Below, in pieces: positions 23,020 through 36,089 of a stretch of 64,000 bases of DNA. This DNA comes from Gekko japonicus. Taxonomy: Eukaryota. Numbering within the stretch: the stretch's first letter is position 1; the number at the start of each line of letters is the position of its first letter. Made by a program: the position numbers and the translations under genes. The DNA is taken from assembly GCF_001447785.1 (NCBI RefSeq), contig NW_015171503.1, forward strand, positions 3,234,314-3,298,313, written 5' to 3'. The notes below the pieces were generated by a model, which saw only the letters and a list, made by a program, of their open reading frames with translations, was not told where the DNA came from and did no database searches.

Positions 23020-26000
23020 GTAGGCAGAACTTATCTTTACTGGCACTATAATATTCTTTATGTATGTGTGTACTGCTGTGTTTTCTTTTTTGGACTTTGG
23101 ATTAATGCCTCAGAAGCAGTTTGTAGAGTGAATGAGAGAAAGAAGAAAGGTTCTCAGAATGTTACTGTTGATTGTTGAATTTATTTCTTCTGCCAGTCCC
23201 TACCAAACATTTTTCTACAGGGACCCAAACATTTTCCTACAACGAATATGACCCTGAACAAAGACATTTTGTTTTTGTTTAGGGTCATATTCTGGCCTTT
23301 GACTTGGAAACAAAATCCACTTAGAGCCACTTCATATAGGTCTTAAATCAATACGCGTTGAAAAGCCCCACATAGATATGTACGCATAACAAAAGGGAAG
23401 CCAAGTTTGGCTGATGTTCCCTGCTATGTTGACACAGAGTTAAACATATGTTTGCTGCTATGTTTGGTGTGTGGCCTTTAGTCCTTTGAGCTACAGCTGA
23501 TAACATAGACAGATCATCTTCATATTGCCTACAGTCTGCTATTTGGAAATCACTGTCTTCTGCAAACACTTCTTTGTTTTCCTAACCTTCAGCTGCACAG
23601 GTGGCGTTACTGTCAGAATTCAGTGGTGCACCCTGTATTCCCTATTCTCTGACAAGAGGAGATAACATGTTCATAAGTGGCTTGAGTAGAGGAGGCTTGA
23701 GCTGAAAAATAAAGCAGAAGTTGTGCTTAAATCTACACTAGGACTTGTAACTATTTATTTGATTGTATTAAATGTATTGTTTAGCCATTTGCAAACTGAA
23801 ATTCTCTCCTAGCATGTGTTATGTATGCCTATTAGGAGTGAATCCCATTGATACAGAATGGTGCTATAAAGGCAGAATTTTCTAACTGTGATTCAGAGCT
23901 TGAAAATGAAGATGGCTAAAATAGTGAGTGCAATAGATCCTGTGTTGTTTGTGCAGTGTTTTCTTGCTCTTAGGAGAGTTCTCTGTATTCGTTACAACTC
24001 TCAGGAGCATTAATTTACAAGACAGCACATAGAACTTGATTCCCTTGGTTTCATATTGGGCTGGCTGTGAAAAATCACATTTGTGTAAAGCATCTGAAAC
24101 TTTAGGAAACCTCTGTGCTTCTAGATGCTTGATTGAAGACTGTGAGGTTGACATCCTTACAAATATAATATAATTGCAATAATATGCATGTAGTTTAGCC
24201 TACAGACATTGATTCCTACAGAAAAATGGCCCTATCCTGTCAGAATTCAGCTAATATTTCTTCTTGCCTGTTTCTTTGCTTAACTAGTCGTGGATCAGAG
24301 TTCTGTATTGCTCCCAGACATATGTGAAACAGGTCATGGCAGGCCCCTTCTCCCCCATTTCAAAACATGGAGCAATTAAAAGGCAAAGTGTGCCATCAAG
24401 TCACAACCAACTAATGATGATCTCTTGAAGTTCTACCTTAAAGGGGTTTTCAAGGCAAGAGATGAGGTGTTTTTCCATTGCCTTCCTCTGCATAGCAGCC
24501 CCCGTTTTCATTGATGGTCACTCATGCGAATACCGACCTGCTTATCCTCCGAGCTCTAGAGACTGAGCTAGTCTGGGCTATTAAATGTCACCTAGTAGTA
24601 GAGAGGAAGGATCTGTTCATATTAAATGTTTGAGGATGTCATTCCTAATGTATGGAAACATTAGAGACCCTTGCAAAAAAGGGTTTGAGCGGTATATAAA
24701 CCGAAAGTTAAATAAATAAATAAATAATGGTCATATTGAAGCATTGCATTTTACTGTTCTTGTGACTGAGGCCAAGATGACCTTCCTGTCTTGCTTCAGA
24801 TAATATTTGATCTACGACTCTTACAGAAAGTCTTGTGAAAAGGAGGTGGAATCTTTTTGTATTGTGCCTTTTTGAAATTTAGGATACGAGGTTCTCAAAA
24901 GCATTTCTCTGAAATTATTTATACTGGATAAGGCTTCTATTAGATGCTGGCATCCGTTGAGTGTTGTTCAGGCAGTCTGTAGCCTCATCTGACAAGGGAG
25001 TCTTGCTCCCATAGTTGTGGGTTCTGCAAAGGCTTTCTGAATTCCCAGGAAGACCATATATTCTGATTGAAAGAGCTGGTGTTGGTAGAAGTAGCATGCT
25101 TTTGAAATGTATATTCTGGGAAGGATGGAGAAGACAAATGTGCAGTGTCTTTCTGCTGCAGATGAAGAAAACCTGGTAACCATTCTCATCCTTCTGTCCC
25201 TAATATGACCTTCAATGGTTCNNNNNNNNNNNNNNNNNNNNNNNNNNNNNNNNNNNNNNNAGGTTGTCTCCCAATACCATGGTGACCCCACACAAGAAGA
25301 GCATGCTGGGAAATGGGAACTATGATGTGAACGTCATCATGGCAGCTCTTCAAACCAAAGGCTATGAAGCAGTTTGGTGGGATAAGCGTAGGTAAGAAGA
25401 ACCAGAGTATCAAGAGAGGCTCACTATCAGCAGAAGACTCTGCTTCTCAGTTGGGTTTTATAACTGGATGCAAGTGCCTTACCATTTCTTTCTTTCCTAG
25501 GGATGTTAATGTAATTGCGCTCTCTAATGTGATGGGCTTCATTATGAATTTGCCCTCAAGCCTCTGCTGGGGCCCATTGAAACTTCCCCTTAAACGACAA
25601 CATTGGATCTGTGTTCGGGAAGTGGGAGGTTCTTACTACAATCTTGACTCTAAACTCAAGGTGCCTGAATGGATTGGAGGTGAAAGTGAGCTCAGGTGGG
25701 TGGTCTTCCATTTTAGCCTTGGCATACAGTGTAAGCTGGAGTATGTATTTGGTGAAGTATGGTTGGATTTTAACTTCTCTGAGAGGTGGAGAGACTGAAG
25801 CTTGACAACAAAGCTTAAAAAGGAAAAGGAAGTATATGTATGTGTTATTCTGGATCTTGTCCTTCAAATTTGGGAAATTATCAGTAGGAGATAGGATCTG
25901 GAAGTAGGCATTCGTTATTCTGTGTACCACAGACTGTGTCCTTGGTCTGAGGAATGAGTATAGATTTCTAGCTTCAATTTAAACTGAAGTAGTAATTCTC

Positions 26001-26359
26001 GTATTATATTCATTGTCCAGATAAGCCACTGAGGTAGAGAGGTAGCAACTTGTCTGAGGCCACAAAGTGAGTCCATGGCAGATTAGGACTTGAGTCCAGA
26101 TCTCCCGGATTAAGTCCCAACTGTCTGGCCTTTGAGCTGTGAGGAAGAGAAGGCTTGAGGTAATAATTTAGATATGCAGGCCCAAAGACATTAGGTCTCT
26201 CTCTAGATTAAAGCTAATGTCATTAACTGTCCTTTCCCCTCTCCTTTTCAATATCATAGGAAGTTTTTGAGACACCAGCTGCGAGGAAAGAACTGTGAAC
26301 TTCTCTTGGTAGTGCCTGAGGACGTAGAGGCACATCAAAGTTGGAGAGCTGATGCATGA
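22835..26359 (+). CDS. JOSD1: Josephin domain-containing protein 1 (deubiquitinase), complete, 202 aa
   Basis: Exons 22835-23019, 25263-25391, 25501-25695, 26260-26359 sum to 609 nt; [10 protein letters not shown]...[10 protein letters not shown] (Cys)...QHWIC (His)...YNLDS (Asp)...WRADA*. Confidence 0.98.
25222..25260. other. Assembly gap (39 N)
   Basis: Run of n. Confidence 0.99.
25263..25391 (+). CDS. JOSD1: JOSD1 coding exon 2
   Basis: [43 protein letters not shown]; acceptor AG directly after N gap. Confidence 0.95.
25501..25695 (+). CDS. JOSD1: JOSD1 coding exon 3
   Basis: [20 protein letters not shown]...[33 protein letters not shown]. Confidence 0.96.
26260..26359 (+). CDS. JOSD1: JOSD1 last coding exon
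   Basis: [32 protein letters not shown]. Confidence 0.96.
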
Positions 26360-28595
26360 CCTGCAAACACCTTGTTCTTGCACTACAGTACTGGTCTTTT
26401 CCCCTCACCAACTTCTGTGTCCTGTGGTGTGGATAATAAGTGCTCTAACTCCTCTTCCCTGGAACTTGGAAGTTTGGGGGGTATTTTATTTTAAGGGTGC
26501 AATAAAAGCAGCCACGAGGTATTGTCAGGGCCAACATGAAGAACAGAAACTGGACACTTACTGGGAAAAGGAAGAATCAGCTGTGTGCTCTAAAATGCAT
26601 TAATATACTAGGAGTGAGGAATTGGAATCCCCCTTTTCTCTTCCTTCCCAGACTTTAGGCAGTTACACACTAATGTCCCCAGACGTTTCCAAAGCTCCTT
26701 TTGGCTGGAAAGCATGTCTTTCCTTTATGGGAAGGCTGGGGCCAAGCATGCTCCCTTCATAGTCACACACAACTCTTTTGAACTTGCAAAACCATGTGGG
26801 TCTCTCAGGAAACTCTAGATACTCTTAGCAACAGTATGGTGCTTGCGGAGTCCTAATTGTGCCAAGAGTTGGGGAACGTGTAGGGGGGAAAATGGGACCA
26901 TCACTATGGAACTCCTGTGGTTTTCTTGCCTTCTACTAGCTGATATAAATGTGTCCTTTGTTGGTCTGAGCATAAGAGAGTAGCCTGGTTGGAAGAGGTA
27001 AGCGATAGCTTACTGAAAAATCTCACAGGTTTTTTGTTTCTCTTGGGGTGAAGGGGAGTGACTCAGCTGTGGTCTAAATACATTTTTCCTGTTTGTCGAT
27101 CCTGTTATGCAGGGAGATACTCATTGAGCAAGGAATAAAACTAGGGGATGGAATCATGAAATTAAAGGGAAGGCTGGCTAAATATTAGTAACCTAAGACA
27201 GTGCTGATGGAAGGGCAATGTTCTTTTTTAATTTCCAGGAGGAGAAATGTGAACTAGGATCAAAGGGCTAGATTTCTTTGGCTCCCATAGCAGTTGGAAG
27301 TGGTTGGGGTAGAAGGTGTTTCAGCAAGTTGGCTGAGGGCAAGAGGAGATTGTTTACTGGAGGTAGACTGAACCACAGTCTTCCACTATGGTTGGCAGGT
27401 GAACAGTCCTCTGAATTAATCAGCTTTATGCTGTACCACCCTCTCCTTCCTCCCTCTGACCTCATACCCCAGCAGGAAACTGAATTATGGTTTTCCTTGT
27501 TACCCCATGCAGGTGCTGTATGTAATATTCTTGTCACAATCAGTAGATGAAATGAATAATTTAGAATGGACTTTTCATTATCGACCCTTCTTTGAGGCTG
27601 GGTTTATTCTGTTGTTGCATTTTTCATTACTGTTGTTTTCTACCAGCTTCACCTCCAATAATATTGGAACAGCAGAAACAGAACCCACGTTTTCTGCATT
27701 TCATACTAGCAGGCAGGCTATTTACATTAGCTACAAAGGAGGGCTGAAACAGACTTTTCCCACTGCTGTGGGAGTCTTTGGCCTGCCCTTCCTGAAAGTG
27801 AGCATGATGTATACTGCTGGCTAATTCAGCATTCCAAGTACCTACACCCTCCTTTCAGTTTGATGCAGCATGTGGTGTCAAGATAGGAATATGATCTTAT
27901 CTGTTGGCCTTTGGACAACCTGCAGACAATATACTGGAAACACGAGTGGCTCTTCTCTGCATGTACTACAGTTCCAAGCCCCAATACGTCTATTTTTACA
28001 AAGCCCTCCCCCTCCGGATTACACATTCCAATGACCAAAACCAGCTGGCAGAATTTGTACACACCTACCCACACTTTTCACAAGCAGAACGTCAGGCTTG
28101 CAGTTCTGCTTCTGACTTGAAGCCATTTTTTGAAGAGCATTAAAAAAAAAACTCAGCAGGAACGACTATGCTCTGACTAAATAGCACTTTGGATTGACCC
28201 TGTTTGCATGGAAGTCAATGGACCAGTGCACAATATGCAAATATCTTTTAAAAAACTTAAGGCTGTTTCTCTTCTCTGTATTAATGCCATTGTTCTGTTC
28301 CCAGGGAAAGGGGTGTGATTCAGCTGCTCAGGAAAAGGGAACATGTGATCACACACACCCTTCTGGATAAGGGTTATGGTAACAGAGAGAAGAAACTAGC
28401 CCAGTCCCATTGCTTGGGAATGGAGAAGCCCATAATTGTTTTCTTGCTTGTTTGGTTTTGTTATAGCCTTGTCTTGGGTTTGTTTACAGAGATGTATTTT
28501 GTTTAACCAAAATATTAAAAATGAAAAAACCTTTCTGTGTGTCTTGTCACTTTCTGTTGCAGTGAAGAGTCTTGTAATGATGCATGCAAAGTAAA

Positions 28596-28631
28596 AATAA
28601 ACATTGGTAAGAAGTTGAAGCTTTAAATAAA
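28596..28631 (+). terminator. Distal JOSD1 poly(A) signals (AATAAA at 28596 and 28626)
   Basis: Two canonical hexamers at the end of a ~2.3 kb repeat-free stretch after the stop codon. Confidence 0.6.
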
Positions 28632-28782
28632 AGTCTTCTTGCCCCCATTCTAGTTTAGGAAGGATCTCTGCTAAACACACACACATAAAGCTGAGGTATA
28701 ACATTATATATTATCCAACCTAAAGAAGCAAACAGTACATGAAATTTTAAAAGAAAACACTCCAGTGTTTGCACTGAAACTA

Positions 28783-28788
28783 TTTAAT
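28783..28788 (-). terminator. TOMM22 poly(A) signal ATTAAA
   Basis: ATTAAA on minus strand followed ~25 nt later by GU-rich GTGTTTTCTT. Confidence 0.6.
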
Positions 28789-29372
28789 ACAAAAGTACTT
28801 TAGCTGACTTTGATACTAATAGATTCAGCAGAGAGACTTGGCAAAAATGACTTTTCCCGCTTCCCCATATTTTTTAAATACATTTACAGGGCATGTAATT
28901 TCTTTCAAGTAGGAGCCCACTGCATATACAGTCTAATGTACATACTAGATTCTTCCATTCGCTGTATGTGCTGGAATATTCACTCAATTTCTTGCTGTTA
29001 CTGTGCTGAAGTAGGTCTTCAATACAGCAGGAGAGGAATACAGGAATATTTACATGGACACTATTTCTGGCTGAAGTTAACCAGAATGTGACATATCCTG
29101 AGGTGGCTTCCTGGAGATAAGGATACCAGAACATAAGCTATTAAAGTCTTTGCAGTTGCTTAGAACATGGATTCAGTGGATGGAAAAAGTCAAGACTGCC
29201 TAAGGGGGAAGGCAGATAGCCCATTTCAGGAGATCCAGAAAGGGATCCTGCCTCCACCATGAATAGGCTGATGTTCCAATGCTTATGGGGGGGAAATGCT
29301 CCAGCCTAACCAATCAAAAGTTCCAACAATTTCAAGATTTCCTTTCATGATATGGCTCCAATGTAATTTTCT

Positions 29373-29447
29373 CTAAATCTTTCCAGGAAGAGAAGGCAGG
29401 GCTCCTGGCATGCCTCCGGACAGCCCTGTGTTGGGTCCTAATAAAAT
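29373..29447 (-). CDS. TOMM22: TOMM22 exon 4
   Basis: ILLGPNTGLSGGMPGALPSLPGKI*. Confidence 0.96.
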   Translation of the reverse strand: MLLGPNTGLSGGMPGALPSLPGKI

Positions 29448-32400
29448 CTGTAAGAAATCATGAGAAAACAAGACTGAACACAAGAACAACATTCAAGCCT
29501 TCTTTACAGCTTAACTGGGAAGGATTTCCCCTCAGATTTGCATGTCTCATAGTTCTTTTGAAGAATGCAAGCCCAGCATTTGATGACATTTTGTAGTGTT
29601 CGTTGTTGCCTTTCATTAAAATAATTCTACCCAAACTGCCTTGGTGCACAAGGTCAATGTGAGAAGCTCCGTAGTGATTCAAGCAATGCACTGTTTCTTA
29701 TTGTGCAACACAATGCCTCACAGTCTATATCACTGCTGGAAGGGTTTCCCCTTCAGAAGATGAGAATTGTCAAGTCAATACAGAAATATTAAGGCATCAG
29801 CTGTGCAAGATTAGGTTCCAATATTTTGATCTCTAGTCAGATAGTCAAGGAATGTACATGTTTTACCACGAATTATATTTATGGCTGAGCACCTTAAACA
29901 AGGATGGCATGTGCCACCATGATCCACTAAATGAAGGATGGAACCCAACCAAGGTCATAGATATGCCAATGACAAGAAGAAGGTGATGCCTTCTTTTGAG
30001 GACATATATCATAGGCTAGGAAGCCCTGCAGTCACTTGCATGTTTTGCTGTAATAATGGCTCCAGCTCTCAGATGCCCTCATTCTGAAAGCACTAAATAT
30101 TAAGGTAAAGGTTTCCCTTGCTCGAAAGCTAGTTGAATCCAACTCTAGGGGGCGGTGCTCATTTCTGTTTCCAAGCCAAAGAGCCAGCACTGTCTGAAGA
30201 TTTCTCTGTGGTCACATGTGGCCGGCGTGACTAAACGCCGAGACACACTGAATGCTGTTACCTTCCCACTGTAGCTGTACCTATTTATCTACTTGCAATT
30301 TCTTGCTTTCGAACTGCTAGGGTGGCAGGAGCTGGGACCAGAGACGGGAGCTCACTCCGTCAGATAGCACTAGGGTCTCGAACTGCCGAGCTACCGATCT
30401 TCCAGTCTGCAACTCAGCGTCTTAACCTCTGAGCAAATACACCCAAGCAAATCCTATCAGAAGAAATGGTAGATGTAAGTTTCTACCTCCAGGTGTTCAT
30501 TTAAAGGCTTGAGAAGGTTCATCTTACTGAAAGGAGAAAAGCAATTATGATTGGAAAGGATAAGAACGTGGGCGTGTGGTGATAATGTGTGTCTTCATCA
30601 GGGGAAAAGTTAATATATAATTGGGGTATGTTTTGGAGTAGATTATACATATAAGGGTTGTGAGACATTACATGTGTAGAAGAAACTACAAATAAATAAC
30701 ATACAAAAATAAAAACTATGTTTACATTTCAGTGGCTAATGATGGGGGGAGGGAGGGAGAGGAACAGAAGTGCTGAAGGTCTAGAGATCAAAGAAAGTAA
30801 TTTCAAAAGCAGGACAAGAATCACTAAATGAACAGGCCACACAAGAGTAATTCAGTTCTCACCTGCCGTTGCTGCAGTTGCTGCTGCTGCTCCATCTGAA
30901 GTTTTTCCGTTTCAAAAACAACAGGAAGAACTAGGATCATGAAGGAGGTGGTCCCAATCCACAAAGCTGCCCTGGAGAACCTTTAGAGGTAGAAGGACAC
31001 AAGTAAAGCAATGGTTTTCCATCTCTGCTATGATGGAAAGGATATGCTATTAAAGGAAAGGATACGACTTAACAATACACTATTACTTCACCTAAAATAC
31101 TTGCATATCGCGCCAGATTTAGGAGCCATTTCCAAAACTCAGGAGCTACCCCAGCATCATTTGTCTGCCTAGAGATCCAATACTATAGCTTCTTCCCCTT
31201 TGTCTCTCTCAGCTACCCTGCTTTGAGTGTCACTGATATCGTTGAACCTAAGGCATTTTCTTCTTCCTTGGGGAAGGGCTGTTGCTCAGTGGTAAAGAAT
31301 CTGCTTTGCATGCAAAAGATCCCATGTTAACTCCCCAGCATCTCCAGGAGTGAAAGACCTCTTCCTGATACTCTGAACAGCATCTGCCAGTGAGAGCAGA
31401 CAGGCCAATGGTCTAATTCTGCCTAAGGCAGCTTCATGTGTGTGTTATTTCACCACTGCTTTCTACTCCAAAATTCTCTCTATTAGCCATAATCTGAAAT
31501 CTTTCTATTTTGTAACATTCTAACATACCACGAGGAACTAGTAAGCCTAGGAAAAAATTATAAAATATACAACAGGTAGCCAATATTCAGATTTCTACTA
31601 TAACAAGGTTGTCTGATCTCTGAGAAATCCTGAAAATAAGTTGATTTTTTCAATAAGAAAAACAACTGTTATGTTTGTGATGGCTGGGGAATACAATGGT
31701 AGTGGATTAAGAAAGCCCAGAAAGCATATACTTTTCAGTCCTCTGATGGTTTAAAACACTGGAAAAGTACTTTAATCCAATGGTTCTTAAACTTTAGCAA
31801 CCTAGAGACACCCCCCCATTTGGATTTCAATTTTTTTTGCAGACCCTCAAAACCTCCCCCCTCCTCGGTTTACCACATATTAGCCAGCCCCATTTTAAAA
31901 GGCATGGCAAGCCACACATGCTTCATGGAGCCCTCTGTCCTCTAGCGTCCTCAAAACCGTACAATGAGAACTACAGCTGCTATACTTTAAAATCAAGTAT
32001 GTAAAATCTTTGTATTGTCTGTAAATGGCCCACAAGGTCAGGTCTCAGAGGACAGCAGAATCTATAAGGCTGCAACTGAAAAGCTGAAGCCCTAAACAGG
32101 AACATGTTTACTTTTACTTATCTGTTTTAACATACCTCATGTTAATGTTAGAAAATGTTATGTCATTAGGAAAAAAATAAATCAAATGTGGCTATACTCA
32201 AACAAATCCAAAGTTTTAAGTAGAAATCTATATATCTAATAAACACTATTTTTTCTGTGCAGATACTTATTTTCACCAACAGAGGGCTCACTCTCCTCCA
32301 ACAGCTTTTCCTACATACTCAGGAGGCCTTCCTGGGTCTACAGAAATATCCAAAAAGTAAAAAAAAAAACACAAAAAAAAACCTTCAGGCATGGTTGAAT

Positions 32401-35400
32401 TCCCCCCCAATACCTTTTGAAATGGCCTCTGCAGGGATCTACTCCAGACATCAACTGTGTGACATTAGAACACGGGGGGGGGGCGCTTCTAACGGGCTCT
32501 GTCAGTAAAAGGCAGGGGGAGGGGCTCTTTCTTGGCCTATTTTGGCCATTGAGGGAGGGAGCCTTGGGGCCAGGCCTGACAAGGGTTGCCACTGCCAGGC
32601 TGGGGAATTCCTAGAGATTTTGTGGTGGGGTCTAAGGAGGGCTGGGTTTGCGGAAGGGAGAGGCCCCAGCCGGGTATAATACCACAGAGTCCACCCTCCA
32701 AAGCAGCCATTTTCTCCAAGGAGACAAATTTCTGCTGCCTAGAGGTCAGTTGTAATTCTGGGGGGTCTCCAGGTCCCACTTGGAGGTTGGTAACCCTAGG
32801 CCTGGCAGCAGTCTAGGGCTGCCAGGTCCCCTTTGATTTGCATGACTCAACTAGGCCCAGCTGCCTGCTACTGTTCATCAGCAGTCACCCTATGAAAGCC
32901 AGTGTGATGTAACAGATAGAACTTCAAAGTAGGGTCTGCAAGACCCAGGTTCAGATCTCTATCTTGTGATGGAAGCTGACTGGGTGATTTTGGACCAGTC
33001 ACATACTTTCAGCCTAACCAACCTCACAGGATTGCTGTGCAGATAAAAAAAGGAGGCGAGAATAATGTAAGCTGCTTTGGGCCCAACTGTGAAGAAAGAC
33101 TGGATTTTTCCTAGGTAGAGGCTGTGGGGGAGGGGGGTGGAGACGGAAAGCTGAAGACAGGCAGATAAAGGTAGGTTGGCTGTTGGGTGGGAAGGAAATA
33201 GGGTTGCCAACTCCACGTTGGAAAATTCCTGGACATTTGAGGGGTGGAGCCTGGGGAGGGTGGGATTTGAGGAGGGGAGGAACTTCAGACCGGTATAATA
33301 CTATAGACTCCACCCTCCAAAGCAGCCATTTCCAGCCTCCAAGTGAGGGCTGGAGATCACCCAGAATTACAACTGCTGTCCAGGTGACAAGAGATCAGTT
33401 TCCCTGATAAAATGACTGCCTTGGAAGGTTGACTCTATGGCATTATACCCTGCTGAGGCTGCTTGCCTCACTGTCCCAAGGCTCCACCCCCAAATCTCCA
33501 GGAATTTCCCAACCTGGAGCTGGCAACCCTAAGGTGAATTGATCTCTGTAGCTGGGAGATCCACTGTGGTTCCCAGAGTGCTGCCACTGCTGCTGTGGGG
33601 GGAGAGGAAGTTGGTGGGTGGCTGGGAGCACCACCACTGCTGCTGCTGCTGTGCAGGGTGGGGGAGGAAGCAGGCAGGAGGCTAGGAGAGTGATTGGGAC
33701 AGAAAGAGAAAGTTATTGGGGTGGGGGCAGAAAGAGAGAGAAAGAATGATGAGGTGGGGAGGCAGAAAAACAAAGAGAATGATAACAGGCCAGAATGAGA
33801 GAGGAAGTCACATGCATGGAGGAGAAAGAGAATAAGAAAAGGGAGGCAGAAGGGAGAAATAGTGTGAGAGAGATAGGGGGAGAGGGGAGGAAGCAAAGGT
33901 GTGAGGAATGGGATAACCATCCCGCAAGTTTCTTGCGGGTCTCCACTTGTTACTTCTATTGAAATAATACTTGTAAAAATTAAAGACAATGTAACATGAA
34001 CTTCCCTTACATTTTTAAATTTAAGGGGGAAATGAAGGTACTGAAAACTGCCGTCATGTGAATTTTAGCATTCCTTTTTATTTTTAAGTGGTATTTGTCC
34101 GCAAAAATTGTTAGAGATACAAAAAGGACAAAGTCTAATATATACATAAACCATGGTTAACTGTCCATCTGATTCACCACCTGTCTCCAAACTTCAATAT
34201 TTGAAAGGTTATTTCCCTCCAACATCTAGCATAAACAATACAAGCAACTGTTACTGCACATAGAACCAGCTCCTGAATATAAAACAGACTACATAATATA
34301 ATAGCCACTAATCAGTGTGTTTTCTGACTAGTGCTCTGAGATTATCTGAAAACTAGGTGATTGCAGGGATGGTAGTTCTACAAGCTCACCCCCCCTCAAA
34401 AGAAGGGAAATCTGATTCCATTCCACCCTTTCTCTGTACGGAAATTACCTTTCCTAGAAAAATGAGAGGGGCCAATTTTTATTTTAGCCAGATAGGTATG
34501 TTCTTGTGGATTCCCAAAGGTGTCTGGATTCCAGCTGAGAAATGCTAAACCTAATTTCTCATGTCCCTAGGGTTTAGCATGGGAACCCAATAAAATCCAT
34601 GGCGTGAAATACCAGTTCAGCAGATCACAATGCTTGCAATAGAACATAAAGTAGATGACATTTTTAAGGACTATAAGGACCAAGCTATTCAGCAAGACTG
34701 GTTTGAAGGCTAAAGATGAACATGGAGAATCTATATTTCCTAGTGTACACTGAAAATTATTCTGCCCCACCCACCAATTCACTTCTCTCTTTTTAATAAA
34801 ACGGCAAGTCCCGATCTTTTAATCTCAGTTTCAAAAAGGCTCAGTTGTCTTTTTTGACATTTTTATCATTAAGTTTTCTGAGTTCTCAACTGCTCAACCA
34901 TCAATTGAAGAACATACAAAGGTTATTTATGGCCTCACACTGAGCACAAACGATCACACAGGGCTTTAAGTTAAAAACCATGAAACAGATAACACATTCT
35001 TTTTGCAGTCTTTGGTAGAGAACAGACCATTCATCTCATTTAGATTGTGAGCCCTGTGGGGATAAAAATGTTTGACTTCGGAAAAACTGCTGGTAGCTGC
35101 AACTGCTCCAAGTCTGTGGGATAAAGGAGGATAGGAGGATATTTCAGATTCAGTGCTCTGCAGCACTAGTAATGGAGTATTACCATGCTCACCAGCAGCA
35201 CGTGTAACAGCTCTAACGTATATAAGGGTAGACGGGATTTGGGTGCCTCCATTTCTCACCTGTACATTTTCTGGACAACAGAACAAGACAAGTCGAAGGT
35301 CGCTCCGGCTGCAGTTCGGACGCCCTCGGGGAACATCTCTGTCAAACCCCAAAGCCTCTCTGCCAATGTCTCATCCAGCTGCAATCAGAACCAAGAAGAT

Positions 35401-35772
35401 CGGTGGGCGGGCGCTGCCTGGACAGCCTTCCCTGCCTCTACCATTGTGGTATACTATCGCAGGACAACGCTGCCCCCTCCAGCCCCAACTCCTGGGCCCC
35501 CACAGCAAAGGGAAAGCACGCTGGCCCCGTCCCCATCTCTCCAACCTCCATTACACCTACAGGCTCAGGGCCGGCCCAGGCCGGCCCGCCCCCAGGGCGT
35601 GACCTCTCGCACATGGCGAGGCCCGGCAGGGCACCCCGCAAGAAGGACGAAGACTCGCTACCTCCTCGTCATCGTCCTCCTCCGTCATCTCTTCTTCCAG
35701 CTCTTCGGCCTTGCCCGTGCCTCCCTTGGGCAGGAGCAAGTCCTCAGGGGAGAGAGGCGTCGCGGCAGCCAT
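29373..35772 (-). CDS. TOMM22: Mitochondrial import receptor subunit TOM22, complete, 140 aa
   Basis: Exons 35662-35772, 35260-35378, 30863-30980, 29373-29447 sum to 423 nt; acidic N-terminus, LDETLAERLWGLTEMFP, TM ALWIGTTSFMILVLPVVF, QQQQLQQRQILLGP...PGKI*. Confidence 0.98.
30103..30430 (-). mobile_element. Sauria SINE
   Basis: Collinear and highly similar to 5063-5397. Confidence 0.9.
30863..30980 (-). CDS. TOMM22: TOMM22 exon 3
   Basis: FSRAALWIGTTSFMILVLPVVFETEKLQMEQQQQLQQRQ. Confidence 0.96.
32582..33560. mobile_element. Cluster of TAGGGTTGCCA-terminated MITEs plus a MIR-like SINE in TOMM22 intron 2
   Basis: AGGGTTGCCA...AGAGTCCACCCTCCAAAGCAGCCATT...GGCAACCCTA family at 32582-32800 and 33200-33530; SINE ~32895-33110. 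Confidence 0.75.
35260..35378 (-). CDS. TOMM22: TOMM22 exon 2
   Basis: LDETLAERLWGLTEMFPEGVRTAAGATFDLSCSVVQKMYR. Confidence 0.96.
35662..35772 (-). CDS. TOMM22: TOMM22 exon 1
   Basis: MAAATPLSPEDLLLPKGGTGKAEELEEEMTEEDDDEE. Confidence 0.95.
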
Positions 35773-36070
35773 GTCTGCAACTAGGGAACGCGGAGAATCG
35801 AGACCAGAGACCGGCAGCGGCTAGAATGTCACCGGAAGCGGCGCGGTAGATGAGCAGCGACACCTGGCGGCACGGGAGTAAGCTTGCTTCCCGCAGCCGT
35901 GGCCTGAGGATTGAGTAGAGGCGGAGAAAATCGGGCGAAGCTGCGGGGAAAATGCAGCCGCGAAGTACTTAGTGTGAAATTGACAGATACGAGCGGGGCT
36001 AAGGGAAGAGCCAGAGAGCGCTGCAGCAGCTTGTGGGAAATCGGTCAGAGAGGTTCTGCGCCGCTCCAAA
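35773..36070 (-). promoter_or_regulatory. TOMM22 CpG promoter with ETS/GABP motif
   Basis: CpG-rich; ACCGGAAG at 35831-35838, a motif common in promoters of nuclear-encoded mitochondrial genes. Confidence 0.65.
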
Positions 36071-36089
36071 GAAAAATCCGAAAGTCCTT

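Noticed and set aside
25222-25262. JOSD1 exon apparently lacking a polypyrimidine tract
   Set aside because: The tract is hidden by a 39-N assembly gap; the AG and exon are intact.
35153-35849. 149-199 aa plus-strand ORFs
   Set aside because: Antisense shadows of TOMM22 exons 1-2 in a CpG island.
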